Assembly: GCF_964355755.1 (NCBI RefSeq)
Contig: NC_092670.1
Coordinates: forward strand, 28,446,388-28,510,387
Direction: 5' to 3'
Source of the DNA: Antedon mediterranea
Lineage: Eukaryota; Animalia; Echinodermata
DNA length: 64,000 bases
Part shown: positions 63,201-64,000 of the stretch, in pieces
How the letters are laid out: each line of letters starts with the position of its first letter
Position numbering within the stretch: position 1 is the first letter of the stretch
Notes under the pieces: model-generated
The model's database searches: none
Told to the model about the DNA's origin: nothing
What the model saw: only the letters and a program-made list of their open reading frames with translations
Translations under genes and position numbers: made by a program

Positions 63201-64000
63201 TTTGAAGCTATTCTAAGCACTTTGGTGTTTTATGTTAACAACTTTTTTCGAAAATCACAAAAAGGTCTAAAATGTCTCCAAATGCGATTTGAAGCTATTC
63301 TTAGCACTTTGGTGTTTTTATGTTAACAAGTTTTTTCGAAAATCACAAAATGGTCTAAAACGTCTCCAAAAGCGATTTGAAGCTATTCTGTACACTTTGC
63401 TGTTTTGTGTGAAAAATTTTTGTCGAAATGCTCAAAATGGTCAAAAACGTTTTTAAATACGATATTAAGCTATTTTGTGCTCTTTGATGTTTTTGTGTGA
63501 AAAGTTTTAGCGAAATGCTCAAAATGGTCTAAAACAGTTTTTAATGTGATTTTAAGCACTTTGATGTTTTATGTTAACAAGTTTTTTACGAAAATCACAA
63601 AATGGTCTAAAACGTCTCCAAATGCGATTTGAAGCTATTCTAAGCACTTTTGTGTTTTTATGTTAACAAGTTTTTTCGAAAATCACAAAATGGTCTAAAA
63701 TATTTCCAAATGCGATTTGAAGCTTTTCTAAGCACTTTGGTGTTTTTATGTTTACAAGTTTTTTCGAAAATCACAAAATGGTCTAAAACGTCTCCAAATG
63801 CGAATTGAAGCTATTCTAAGCAATTTGGTGTTTTTATGTTAACAAGTTTTTTAGAAAATCACAAAATGGTCTAAAACGTCTCCAAATGCGATTTGAAGCT
63901 ATTCTAAGCACTTTTGTGTTTTTATGTTAACAAGTTTTTTCGAAAATCACAAAATGGTCTAAAACGTCTCCAAATGCGATTTTAAGCTATTCTAAGCACT
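57246..64000 (-). repeat. 88-bp satellite array (inverted), runs off the window
   Basis: Junction aaaacatcaa|cgatttgaagct. Confidence 0.97.

Noticed and set aside
17190-64000. CRISPR-like regular repeats
   Set aside because: Contiguous monomers with no unique spacers, no cas genes, and a eukaryotic context.

Overview
AT-rich eukaryotic (animal-like, probably invertebrate) heterochromatin-type DNA with no intact host protein gene. About 55% of the window is an 88-bp satellite (17190-42678, 52370-64000) and about 28% is a ~260-bp satellite. Each ~260-bp monomer carries a degenerate tRNA-like Pol III unit (A box, B box, oligo-T). Interspersed are 14 damaged tRNA-Val copies arranged as A/B pairs and many copies of a ~340-bp non-autonomous Helentron (HINE/DINE-1-like). 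There is also a second Helitron-type 3' end and an unclassified 2.3-kb insert bounded by GACGT, with matching 'empty' paralogous sites. Two clear insertions interrupt the 88-bp satellite: an internally deleted, intron-containing Academ-type DNA transposon (22172-26256, TAG termini, AGT TSD) and a 5'-truncated CR1/L2-group LINE (38098-39150). The arrays switch orientation at about 32661, 43108 and 57245. Segmental duplications occur at offsets of 11,254 and 45,769 bp. Almost all ORF-track entries are spurious translations of repeats. All calls were made by eye; no database search was run.
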